A DNA stretch of 40,516 nt, from the IMG/VR virus record IMGVR_UViG_3300044260_000022, positions 1 to 40,516 of that record; one strand, 5' to 3'. A model generated the notes under the pieces. It did not search any database. It saw nothing but the letters and a program-made list of their open reading frames with translations, and was not told the origin of the DNA. The position numbers and the translations under genes are program-made. Position 1 is the first letter of the stretch. Each line of letters opens with the position of its first letter. Origin of the DNA: a virus (Duplodnaviria > Caudoviricetes). Positions 8,320 to 16,716 of the stretch are shown piece after piece.

Positions 8320-8649
8320 TTACTTCGCGAACTCGACGCGGGCCTGCGCTTCGCGGAGCGAATCGAGAGCGGCGTCGTAGGCGGCGCGAGCGCGAACGAG
8401 ACGCGCGACCATGTCGCAGAGAGGGGTCGCGTCGCTCATCGAGAGAGAGAGAAGCTCCGACGGCGTGAGCGGTCCGTCGAGCTGCCGGCGCTCGACGCCT
8501 TCGACGAAGTAGCCGCACTGACGCTTGAGGGCGTCCTGAGCGCGGAGCGATTCCTTGCGCGCGTCGTCGACGTTACGAGAGAGCTGCTGGATGATGGACG
8601 CGACCAGGGTCGACGAAGTCGCCTCGGGGGTCGTGTTCGGGTTGGTCAT
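8320..8649 (-). CDS. hypothetical early protein
   Basis: First gene after promoter A; GGAGG RBS. Start reassigned to ATG 8649. Confidence 0.7.
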   Translation of the reverse strand: MTNPNTTPEATSSTLVASIIQQLSRNVDDARKESLRAQDALKRQCGYFVEGVERRQLDGPLTPSELLSLSMSDATPLCDMVARLVRARAAYDAALDSLREAQARVEFAK

Positions 8650-8670
8650 GTGCGTTGCCTCCATGGGTAG

Positions 8671-8699
8671 AAGATACGAGCTTTGGATCCGTTTGTAAA
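8671..8699 (-). promoter_or_regulatory. sigma70-type early promoter A
   Basis: TTTACA-17 bp-TATCTT, AT-rich upstream; duplicated at 9968-9996. Confidence 0.7.
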
Positions 8700-8760
8700 G
8701 CATTATTTTCACTTTATATCAAGACGATAAGGTCGCGATTTAGGGGCGTGCCAGAAGCGC

Positions 8761-8791
8761 GATCCCTGGGGCGGGGCGTCGCCCCAGGGTC
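8761..8791. terminator. GC-rich hairpin downstream of ORF 8809-9066
   Basis: CCCTGGGGCG/CGCCCCAGGG stem without a clear U tract. Confidence 0.4.
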
Positions 8792-8808
8792 GAGCGAGAT
8801 CGTCCGGC

Positions 8809-9066
8809 CTACCGCTTCGGGACGAAGCAGGCCGGGCCGCAGGGCTTCCCGTCGAGCGCGACGATCCGACCCTCGCCGTCGGGGGCGAGAAGAAGCGACG
8901 CGCTCGCGTACCACGTGTGAGCGGCGGGATAGTGCGGGCCCTCGATCGAGACGTTCCCCGACTGCGGACACGGGAACGGTCCGGGCGAGAAGACGCGGAC
9001 TCGTTCGCCTCGCGCGAGCGCCTCGCGCAGTTGCTTCTTCGTCTTGAAGTTCGGCGTGACGTACAT
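8809..9066 (-). CDS. small conserved-type phage protein
   Basis: NFKTKKQLREA...EGPHYPAAHTWYA; GAGG RBS. Confidence 0.7.
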   Translation of the reverse strand: MYVTPNFKTKKQLREALARGERVRVFSPGPFPCPQSGNVSIEGPHYPAAHTWYASASLLLAPDGEGRIVALDGKPCGPACFVPKR

Positions 9067-9423
9067 CTACTTCCTCCCCTTCGTGTGACGCGAGCAGCGA
9101 CGAGCGCCAGTGCCCTTGATGAGCTTGCCGTCGATCCCCGCGGCGTGACAGCGACCGCAGACGACTTCGCCCCAGAAGCCCGCACCGCAGTACTGACAGT
9201 CGGGGTGCGTCTTCGCCGCGCGACAGCCGCACGGCTTCGGCGTCCGGGGAAGGTGAACGCCCGGGCTCGTCCCGTAGCGTCGCACGTAGCGATCTTGCGC
9301 GGCGCGGTGATGGGCGTCCATCTGGCTGATCGTGTCGAAGCGCGTCGAGCCGAGGCAGGCGCGACAGCGGCGCGACGTCGTCGTGAGCGTGTGATGCGTG
9401 CGGTTCGTCACGGGCTTAGGCAT
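9067..9423 (-). CDS. Cys-rich (Zn-finger-like) early protein
   Basis: CRAC, CGC, CQYC and CGRC motifs; GGAGGAG RBS. Confidence 0.6.
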   Translation of the reverse strand: MPKPVTNRTHHTLTTTSRRCRACLGSTRFDTISQMDAHHRAAQDRYVRRYGTSPGVHLPRTPKPCGCRAAKTHPDCQYCGAGFWGEVVCGRCHAAGIDGKLIKGTGARRCSRHTKGRK

Positions 9424-9439
9424 CGTCGTCTCCTCCTGT

Positions 9440-9500
9440 CGGCCGGACTTGGGACCGGCCGTGTCGTTTAACGAGCGCCCCAGGGCGCTCGCCCCTCACG
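9440..9500 (-). ncRNA. twister-like self-cleaving ribozyme, permuted (copy 1)
   Basis: CGU-GAGGG-[GCGAGCGCCC UG GGGCGCUCGU]-UAA-ACG-AC-A-[CGGCCGG UCCCAAGU CCGGCCG]; stems covary with copy 2. Confidence 0.75.
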
Positions 9501-9502
9501 CT

Positions 9503-9946
9503 TCAGAAGCTGTAGTCGTGGTAGGCGTCGCGCGAGCCGACCCCGATGATCTCGCTCGTCTTCCGGTAGCGCGTCGCGCCCGTCTTCGCGTGCTTGACGG
9601 CGAACCAGCCCCAGCCGGTCTTCCCGTCCGGCTCGGTGTAGGAGCGCATCTCGGTCACCGGGGAGTAGATCCGCCAGCGGCCGGTCTTGTCGAGCTTCGC
9701 CATGCCGCGAGAGGCGTCCCAGTTCGTCGTGTACTCGTAGGCCTGCGCGTCGCTCATGCCGTTCGCGTCGACGCGCTTCGTGGTGTCGCCCGTGTACCAG
9801 ATCGTCGTCCCGTCCTTCGAGACTTCGACGATCGTGACCGCGGTCCGGTCGCTGTAGTGGAAGATCGTGCCGCCCATGCCAACGGTCGGGACCTGGGGCT
9901 TCGAGTTCTCACCGAGACGATTGATCAAGCCGCCGTAGAGCTTCAT
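9503..9946 (-). CDS. conserved-type phage early protein
   Basis: PTVGMGGT..YSDR..VTIVEV..D.NGMSDAQAYEY..R.AYHDYSF pattern; first gene after promoter B. Confidence 0.75.
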   Translation of the reverse strand: MKLYGGLINRLGENSKPQVPTVGMGGTIFHYSDRTAVTIVEVSKDGTTIWYTGDTTKRVDANGMSDAQAYEYTTNWDASRGMAKLDKTGRWRIYSPVTEMRSYTEPDGKTGWGWFAVKHAKTGATRYRKTSEIIGVGSRDAYHDYSF

Positions 9947-9967
9947 GTGCGTTGCCTCCATGGGTAG

Positions 9968-9996
9968 AAGGTACGCCCTCTTGATCCGTTTGTAAA
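9968..9996 (-). promoter_or_regulatory. sigma70-type early promoter B
   Basis: TTTACA-17 bp-TACCTT, followed by the same leader as promoter A (CTACCCATGGAGGCAACGCACATG). Confidence 0.7.
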
Positions 9997-10186
9997 GCCC
10001 CCGGATCGAAAAAGATCAAACTTTATAATGCGACAAGGAGGTCGTGATTTAGACCCCGCCAGCAGCGCGCCAGACGTCTCGATCCCAGCCGCGACGTCTT
10101 CTAGGGGGTCGGGCGCGTTCGGCCGTCCAGCCGCTTCCTCGCGAGCGCCCTGGGGCGTTAGACTCGCCCCTCAGGAGGATCACCGC

Positions 10187-10750
10187 ATGAGTACCCCACC
10201 CCGCCCGAATCGCTTCCGCTCGCTCGACGATCAGCTGCGCGAGGCTCGTAAGGACACGATGCTCTTCAAGAGCGCGCTGCTCCAGAAGCTCACCGACTCG
10301 TCGAAGATCGAGCAGCTTCAGTATCGGGAGCAGCAGCTCGAAGACGCGCTGAAGAAGTCGCACGACCAGAACCGTCAGCTCGCGGTCGCCGTCGCGCGTC
10401 GCTTCGGCGCAGAGAGCACGAACGAGAAGGGCGAGACGGGACTGCTCGTCGAGTTCAGCGACTCGGAGCTGGAGCAGGCCTACCGCGACGAGCCGCGTCT
10501 CGAAGCGCTGCGCTTCGACGATCCGGGGAACCGTTTCTTCCTGAACTACTCGCTGCCGGAGCGCGAGCTTCCGCCGCCGCCACCGGCAGTCCCTCCGGCG
10601 GACACGACCGACACGCCGCCTGCATCTGGAACGGAGGGAGAAGAGGACCCGCTGGCTCCCGAATCGGATGGGGCGATCGACCCCGACGCGAGCACCAGCG
10701 AACCGTCACAGCCCGACCTCCCTGAGAAGCCCGTCGATCCGGTTCAGTAG
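10187..10750 (+). CDS. hypothetical coiled-coil protein with Pro/acidic tail (only clear plus-strand gene)
   Basis: AGGAGG RBS before ATG 10187; codon usage like the other genes. Confidence 0.7.
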   Translation: MSTPPRPNRFRSLDDQLREARKDTMLFKSALLQKLTDSSKIEQLQYREQQLEDALKKSHDQNRQLAVAVARRFGAESTNEKGETGLLVEFSDSELEQAYRDEPRLEALRFDDPGNRFFLNYSLPERELPPPPPAVPPADTTDTPPASGTEGEEDPLAPESDGAIDPDASTSEPSQPDLPEKPVDPVQ

Positions 10751-11161
10751 CCCGCGCACGAAGCGCTGCGAGGCGTTCGCGAGAATGTGCTCCCGACGCA
10801 GAGTGAGGTAGACGAACGCCTCGGTCTGCGTCGGGACGTCCGCCCACTGAGCCGCCAGTAGCCACTTCGACGCGCGGCCGCCGCCGCTGTTCACCGCCGA
10901 ATCGAAGTGAACGAGCGAGAGCGGCCACGAAAGGTTCTCGCACCCGGCCGCCTTCCAGTACTGCGTCTCGTAGATCGCCGCGACTTCGTCCGGCCCGATC
11001 GTCCAGACGTCGCCCTTATCCTCGCCACGGTAGGATCGCCACGCGTCGAGCGTCGTCTGCGTGATACCGAACGCCGTACGCCCGCCCGGGTCGGCAGGAT
11101 CGTCGACCTTGCCGCCCTCGAACGCGAGCGTAATCCGAAGCGCGTGCGCGAAGTCGTACAT
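10706..11161 (-). CDS. GH108 family lysozyme (endolysin)
   Basis: FEGGKVDDPADPGGRTAFGIT...IY...YW...FDSAVNSG; TAATG coupling. Confidence 0.9.
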   Translation of the reverse strand: MYDFAHALRITLAFEGGKVDDPADPGGRTAFGITQTTLDAWRSYRGEDKGDVWTIGPDEVAAIYETQYWKAAGCENLSWPLSLVHFDSAVNSGGGRASKWLLAAQWADVPTQTEAFVYLTLRREHILANASQRFVRGLLNRIDGLLREVGL

Positions 11162-11679
11162 TACCATGCACTCTGCGCCCATTCGCCCGGCGTCGCGATG
11201 AGCTCGCGCGACGTGAGGGCGAGGTCGACCTCATAGAGCCCCTGCTTGCCGGCGGCGAAACTCGGGCGCCACTCGAACGAGCCGGCGACAACCGGCCGCC
11301 ACGTGGAGGTCGTGAACATTCGGAACTGGAGCGCCGCGAAGGTGAGCGCGTTGTTGACGCTCTGCTGCCAGAGATTGTGGAGGAGGGCGAGGCCGTACTG
11401 ATTCGAGGAGGTGTCGGACTCGACGCCGACGAACCGGAGCGAGGCGTGGTATCGGTAGCCGAGCGGATACACGACCTGCTGCCAGAGGAAATTTTTCCAC
11501 GGGCCGATGACCTCGGCCTCCTCCCACGCGTCGATTGTCGCGAGCGTGAGCCCGAGCGCCGAGCCGGTCGCGAGCGCGGTGCCCGTGACGCCGGGCGCGA
11601 TGAGGTACGGGCCGGCGATCACGGTGCCGACGGAATTGACGACCTGCAGCGCGGGCGTGCGCGGCGTTGCGGCTCCCAC
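11161..11679 (-). CDS. putative tail protein
   Basis: Position after the large tail protein; beta-rich. Confidence 0.5.
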   Translation of the reverse strand: MGAATPRTPALQVVNSVGTVIAGPYLIAPGVTGTALATGSALGLTLATIDAWEEAEVIGPWKNFLWQQVVYPLGYRYHASLRFVGVESDTSSNQYGLALLHNLWQQSVNNALTFAALQFRMFTTSTWRPVVAGSFEWRPSFAAGKQGLYEVDLALTSRELIATPGEWAQSAW

Positions 11680-14214
11680 TTAAACCTCCAGCCCGACGAC
11701 CTTGACGGTGACGCCGGTGACGGGGTGCCCCGTCTCGATGATTTGAAAGTTGCGGTTCGCGCCGTCGACGTTCGCGTGGAACGTGCGGCCGATTTCGTAG
11801 ACGCGGTTGTCGCGGACCCGCTCGATTTCGACCCATCGTTTCTGCGCGCCGAGGTAGTTGTAGAGAGAGAGCGCGAGGCCCTTCGCGATGAACGTCGTCG
11901 GGATGAACCGGCTTTTCAGCGTGAGGCCCTGATCGGTGTCGGCGAATGCGGGCGTCCCGGCCTCGCCGTAAATCGTCGCGTCGTTCTCGTTCTCGAACCG
12001 CACGTAGCCGACCCACCGGTTGAACACGTTCTGCTGCACGAGCGAGAGCATGCCGGCGTCTCCGTCGATTTGGTCGTTGATGCCGATCGTGTAGCCGACG
12101 CCCGGCACCGCCCGCGAACGGAACGCCCAACCGCTCGGCACGACATAGAAAATCCCGGCGTTCATTAGAGAGAGCTGCTGGAGCATGTCGGCGACGGAGA
12201 GGCCGGTCGCGTCGGCGTAGGCGATGACGTTCGTGAACGTCGCCGCGATCGAGTAGAGCACGCCGCCGAACAGGCCCACGAACGGCCACGCGCCGGCGCC
12301 GGCCGCGCCCGTGTTTTGCAGAACGCAAAGGTCGACCTCGTAAGGTCGCCCGAGGAGCGCCTGCGATTGCGAGGGCCGCGGCGGCGGAGGCGTCAAGAGG
12401 ATCGGCGTCGAGAGGGCGTCGACGGCGAACGTGCTCGACCACGACACGATCGAGATTCCGACATCGGGGTCGGAGAGGAGCGCGTAGAACCGGGTGTCGC
12501 CGCGGTTGTTTTTTATCGTGCGGCCCATGAGGTACGGAGAGCAGGCCGGGTTCGTGAACAGGGTCATGGTCCCGTTCGCCGCGACGGAGTAAACGAACAC
12601 GCTCGGCGTCTTCCCGAGAACGCCGTCGACCTGAGTGATCGCGATGTATGAGTTGGGCCCGATGCCCGGCGCGTTCGCCTTCGCGAGCATCACGATCGGG
12701 CCGTTCACGCCGGTCGCCTTGTTCGCCTGATATGTGCCGGTCGCGATCGTCGCGCCCGTCGGCTGCCATGCCGAGGTGTTCATCGTGATCGCGGAACCGA
12801 TGCCGGCGCTGTTCTGGAGATCGGTGAAAAAACACGTCCCGGTCGCCGAGTCGACCTCGATCCCGATCGCGTCATAGAGGGCCCCGAGGTCGGTGGTCGT
12901 CGTGCCGCTCGCGAGCGCCTGCAGCGTGCCCTGCGAGCTCCACGAGTAGTCGGAGAGGTTCTGCTTTTCCCACGAGAGCGTCGACGAGAACGCGAACGCG
13001 AAGCCATCCACGTCGGCGTTGCACGTGACGGTTAGGCAGTACCGGTTCTGCGTGCCGCCGTAAAATTTCCCGTCGTAGGCGTAGAACTTGAACGCGACGG
13101 AGAGCCCGTAGCGCGGCGCCGCGGCGCGCGTCTTCACTCGTTTCGGCGCGTTCTGGTAAATGTAGCCGGCCTGATTGTTCGTGTCGTCGATTAGCGGGCC
13201 GATCGAGCTCGGGTTCGAAATCGTGAACGGGCCCGCCGCGTCGGGCGAGGAGTAGAGGCCGAGCTGCGTGCCGGCGAAGATCGGCGCCTGAAAGCCCGGC
13301 GCGACGACCCCGGGCGCCACGCCGACGACCGCCCCGACCGGGAGGCCGTTCATCGGCACCGGAGAGGCGAACAGCGTCGTCACGCCCGGGAGCGGCGGCG
13401 CGTTGAACGTCTGTTTCGCCGGGAATCCCGCCGCGGCGAACAGCGTCGAGACGATGGACTCGAGCGAGAGGTTGCGCTGATACGGCGTCAAGAGGACGAC
13501 CGAGGTCCCGACCGCGTACTTTTTCCCGAGCTGCGTCCCGAGGACGAGCTGCCAGTAAAGCGGCGGCGAGCTCGAGGCGTCGGGCACCGCGTCGACCACG
13601 ACCGCCGAGTCGCCGCCGCCGAGCTGAATGAGATCGCCCTGCACGAAGTCGCACGTGTAGTTGTAGAGAATCCCGCTGATGTTCGGGCCGGTGACGCGGA
13701 TCGTGTTGTCGATCGGGTCGGCGTCTTGCTGCAGGGTCCATTTGGTCGCGTAGTAGCCGCTGCGCTGGAATAGGCCGGCGGCGCTTGTCGTCTGCAGCCG
13801 GCGAATCGAGCTCACGACGGTGAACGAGAACGACCGGTCCTTCGTGTTGAACTGCACGGTCGCCGGCGCGATGAACCCGTCGAAGCCGACGTCGTAGTTG
13901 TAGAGGAGCCCGCCGTAGACCGAGTCCGTGCCCGGGAGCCCGAGGTTCACGAACACGGCGAAGTCGGTGGAGCCCGGAAGGATTCCCGAGAGCAGGCCCT
14001 TGATGTAGCCGGTCGGGTCGTAGCCCTTGAGCGTCACGTCGGCGGCGGTGAAGTTGTTGGTCGTCGTCGGGTTCTCGATCGTGCTCGTGAGCGTCGCGCC
14101 GGTTTCTTGCGAGAGGTAGGCGGTGATGTCAATCGTCGGCTGCCCGGTGCCGGGCGTGAGATAGACCGTCGCCTTCGGCGGCGCCGGATACGGTGGAGGC
14201 GCGACCCACGTCAT
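11680..14214 (-). CDS. tail tip/baseplate hub-like protein
   Basis: 844 aa, beta-rich, directly downstream of the tape measure gene. Confidence 0.65.
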   Translation of the reverse strand: MTWVAPPPYPAPPKATVYLTPGTGQPTIDITAYLSQETGATLTSTIENPTTTNNFTAADVTLKGYDPTGYIKGLLSGILPGSTDFAVFVNLGLPGTDSVYGGLLYNYDVGFDGFIAPATVQFNTKDRSFSFTVVSSIRRLQTTSAAGLFQRSGYYATKWTLQQDADPIDNTIRVTGPNISGILYNYTCDFVQGDLIQLGGGDSAVVVDAVPDASSSPPLYWQLVLGTQLGKKYAVGTSVVLLTPYQRNLSLESIVSTLFAAAGFPAKQTFNAPPLPGVTTLFASPVPMNGLPVGAVVGVAPGVVAPGFQAPIFAGTQLGLYSSPDAAGPFTISNPSSIGPLIDDTNNQAGYIYQNAPKRVKTRAAAPRYGLSVAFKFYAYDGKFYGGTQNRYCLTVTCNADVDGFAFAFSSTLSWEKQNLSDYSWSSQGTLQALASGTTTTDLGALYDAIGIEVDSATGTCFFTDLQNSAGIGSAITMNTSAWQPTGATIATGTYQANKATGVNGPIVMLAKANAPGIGPNSYIAITQVDGVLGKTPSVFVYSVAANGTMTLFTNPACSPYLMGRTIKNNRGDTRFYALLSDPDVGISIVSWSSTFAVDALSTPILLTPPPPRPSQSQALLGRPYEVDLCVLQNTGAAGAGAWPFVGLFGGVLYSIAATFTNVIAYADATGLSVADMLQQLSLMNAGIFYVVPSGWAFRSRAVPGVGYTIGINDQIDGDAGMLSLVQQNVFNRWVGYVRFENENDATIYGEAGTPAFADTDQGLTLKSRFIPTTFIAKGLALSLYNYLGAQKRWVEIERVRDNRVYEIGRTFHANVDGANRNFQIIETGHPVTGVTVKVVGLEV

Positions 14215-16022
14215 TTCGTCCTCGCTGCGATCGAAGTCTGCCCGAGCACGTTCGTGTCCACCATGCGAATCGTGCGAATTAATTTCTTCACCGATTCAAT
14301 GTTGCCCGGGTCCTGAATGTTCGCGTTGATCGTCGTGCGCCTCGAGTTGTCCACGTGCGTCGTGTTCGAGACGCGCGAGCCCGCGAGGCCTTCCTGCCAG
14401 CCCCCGGAAAGTTGGTCGACCACGTCTTTCGCCCAACGTCGCCCCGTCATGTAGGCCATGCGATCGTTCGCCGGATCGTCGAACCCGCCGGAGATCCCGC
14501 CGCTCGTCGCCGGCTCGGTGCTTTCGATTTTCGCGACCTGCGCGAGCCCGGCCGCGATCACGATTGCCGCGAGGACGGCGCCGTAGATACCGCCCTGCGC
14601 GAGCGCCTTCGTCGCGCCCTCATACGTGGAGATCACGGCCTGCGCGATCGAGAGCTCTTTCGATTGCCCGAACACTTCGGTGAGGAGGCCGAGCCCCGCG
14701 TCGGCGACCTCTTTCTGCATTCGGAGCTCCTCTTTCGCGAGCTGCCGTTTCGTGCGCTGATATTGCTCGGCGCGTTTCATCGCCTCGGCGTGGTAGGCCT
14801 CTTGGATCGCGTCCTCTTTCGCCATGAGGAGGATCGCCTCGCGGGCGGCCTTCTCGCCCTCGGCCTGCATGAACGCCTGATTCTTGAGGTACTGCAGGCG
14901 CTCGTGTTCCCGCCGCATCGCGATTTGTTGCGCGAGCGTGTTCTCGACGCGGAGCCGATTGTCGGCGAGCTGGAGGTCGAGCTTGAGCTTCGTCTCGCCG
15001 GCCTTTTTATGCGCGGCGACCTCCTCCTCGAGCCCGTTCATGTAATGCTTGACCGCGTCGTCCTCGATCTTTTTCGCGCGGACGGCGTGCTCCGCATCGA
15101 TCCGGGCCGTCTCCTCTTTATACTTTTTCCACTCGGACGTGAGAGAGCCGGAGCCCGTGAAGACGTTCTTCACGAACGAGGCGAACGCGGCGACGCTTTG
15201 CCCCATCGTCGAGAACCACTCGACTAATTCCTTCCCCATGAGGATGACCGCGTCTTTCGCGAGGATGAACCCGTCGCGGAGCCCGGTGATCGCCCGGGCG
15301 ACGCCGCCGCCGATCGTCTCTTTGAACATTTCCCAACGCGCCTTTGCCTTGTCGGCCTCGAGCGCGTTGTCGTGGACCGCCGTCGTCTGCCCCTTGACCT
15401 TCTCCTCGAGGAACTTCTGCGCGATCGCCGAGGCCTGCGCCGCCTCCATGTGCCGCGTCACGCCCGGGATTGCGCCGACGAGCGCCCGCGTCTGCCCGTG
15501 GACCGTCGCGTTCACGACGCGCATGCCCTCGTCGAACGTCTTGCCCGTGGAGACGGCGTAATCCATCGCGGTCGAGACCCGCTTGTACGCCTGCTCGAGG
15601 TCGCCGGTGACGATGTATTGCTCGCCGACGGCGCGGAGGAGCTCGTTGTTGGAAATTCCCGAGAGGCGCGACATAGCCTCGCTCCACTCGTTCGCTTCCT
15701 TCTTCACGTGCTCGACGTTCGCGCCGTAGGCCGACGCCGCGAGGGCGACGGCACGCACCGCCTTCTCTTGCTTGTAGAACTCCTCGCTCGCCTCTTTCAG
15801 AAATTCGAGGACCTCGGCGGCGCCGAGGAGTAGCCCCATCGCGGCGGCCATTTCCTTCAGCGCATCGTTCGCCTTCTCCGTCGCCTCCTCGAGGCCCTTG
15901 AACGAGGAGGTCGTCTCCTCCGCCGCGGCCTTCGTCTCTTTCGCGGCGCGCGAGGTGTCCTCGAACCCGGTGCCCTCTTTCCGCGTTCGGACCCCAACGT
16001 CGAGGTTCTTTTCGTCAGCCAT
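14211..16022 (-). CDS. tape measure protein
   Basis: 603 aa, helical and Ala/Glu/Lys-rich, with hydrophobic AIAQAVIS..GA.KALA..AAGLAQVAKI segment; synteny. Confidence 0.85.
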   Translation of the reverse strand: MADEKNLDVGVRTRKEGTGFEDTSRAAKETKAAAEETTSSFKGLEEATEKANDALKEMAAAMGLLLGAAEVLEFLKEASEEFYKQEKAVRAVALAASAYGANVEHVKKEANEWSEAMSRLSGISNNELLRAVGEQYIVTGDLEQAYKRVSTAMDYAVSTGKTFDEGMRVVNATVHGQTRALVGAIPGVTRHMEAAQASAIAQKFLEEKVKGQTTAVHDNALEADKAKARWEMFKETIGGGVARAITGLRDGFILAKDAVILMGKELVEWFSTMGQSVAAFASFVKNVFTGSGSLTSEWKKYKEETARIDAEHAVRAKKIEDDAVKHYMNGLEEEVAAHKKAGETKLKLDLQLADNRLRVENTLAQQIAMRREHERLQYLKNQAFMQAEGEKAAREAILLMAKEDAIQEAYHAEAMKRAEQYQRTKRQLAKEELRMQKEVADAGLGLLTEVFGQSKELSIAQAVISTYEGATKALAQGGIYGAVLAAIVIAAGLAQVAKIESTEPATSGGISGGFDDPANDRMAYMTGRRWAKDVVDQLSGGWQEGLAGSRVSNTTHVDNSRRTTINANIQDPGNIESVKKLIRTIRMVDTNVLGQTSIAARTK

Positions 16023-16713
16023 TCTCGCCGCCTTCCGCCGGCGCCTGCGCGTCGGCTTGGTCCAGAATTGACCCGAGTCTCGCGGCGGCGACCGGATCTT
16101 TCACGACGCCCACGACCTCGGCCGCCGGTTGCGGTGGCGACCAGCCCTCGGCCTCGCGGTCGGCCTTCTCGCGGGCGGCCTCGAGGGCGTCGAACTTCGA
16201 ACGGATCGCGGCGGCCGAAACGAAAAAGCCCTCGACCCGGAGCTCGAGCGTCTCGCCGATGCGGTTGCCGAGCTCGCGCGACATGAGGAGGACCGCCGTC
16301 TGCATGTCGAGGTCGGAGGCCTCGGACTCGCCCGGCCGCCGGCCGAACATCGCCTCGCCGATGAAGGCCCAGTCGTGAACCTTCGAAAAGAACTGGAGGA
16401 GCTCGAGGACGGCGTAGGGCGTGCCGACCTCGGCCCACTTCTCGCGCGTCATGCCCGGCACGACGGCCGCCGCCGCGTCGGCGAAGGCCTCGTGCGGGAA
16501 GTACGCGAGGGCCCGGCCGACGGCCTCCGGCGTGTCGCCGACCCGCTCGAGGAACCCGCGGAGGTCCAGCGCCGCCGGCGTGACCGCCCGGGCCGCCTTG
16601 AGGAGCTCGTCGAACCGGCCGAACGTGAGAGGCGGGACGGCATATGCCGCCCCGCCGATCGTCACGTTGAGCACCGGCTCGAGCGTGAAGGCCTCGCGGA
16701 TCGAGAGCTTCAC
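16015..16713 (-). CDS. tail assembly chaperone
   Basis: Lies between tail tube and tape measure; VTIGGAAYAVPPLTFG start. Confidence 0.65.
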   Translation of the reverse strand: MKLSIREAFTLEPVLNVTIGGAAYAVPPLTFGRFDELLKAARAVTPAALDLRGFLERVGDTPEAVGRALAYFPHEAFADAAAAVVPGMTREKWAEVGTPYAVLELLQFFSKVHDWAFIGEAMFGRRPGESEASDLDMQTAVLLMSRELGNRIGETLELRVEGFFVSAAAIRSKFDALEAAREKADREAEGWSPPQPAAEVVGVVKDPVAAARLGSILDQADAQAPAEGGENG

Positions 16714-16716
16714 GGG

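Noticed and set aside
9476-10157. 17-bp inverted repeat GCGAGCGCCCTGGGGCG (9476-9492 and 10141-10157) as an invertible segment
   Set aside because: GC-rich and semi-palindromic, a similar word occurs at about 1613, and no invertase is present.
16015-16713. Programmed -1 frameshift in the tail chaperone
   Set aside because: A single ORF already spans tube to tape measure, and I found no convincing slippery heptamer with a downstream frame.
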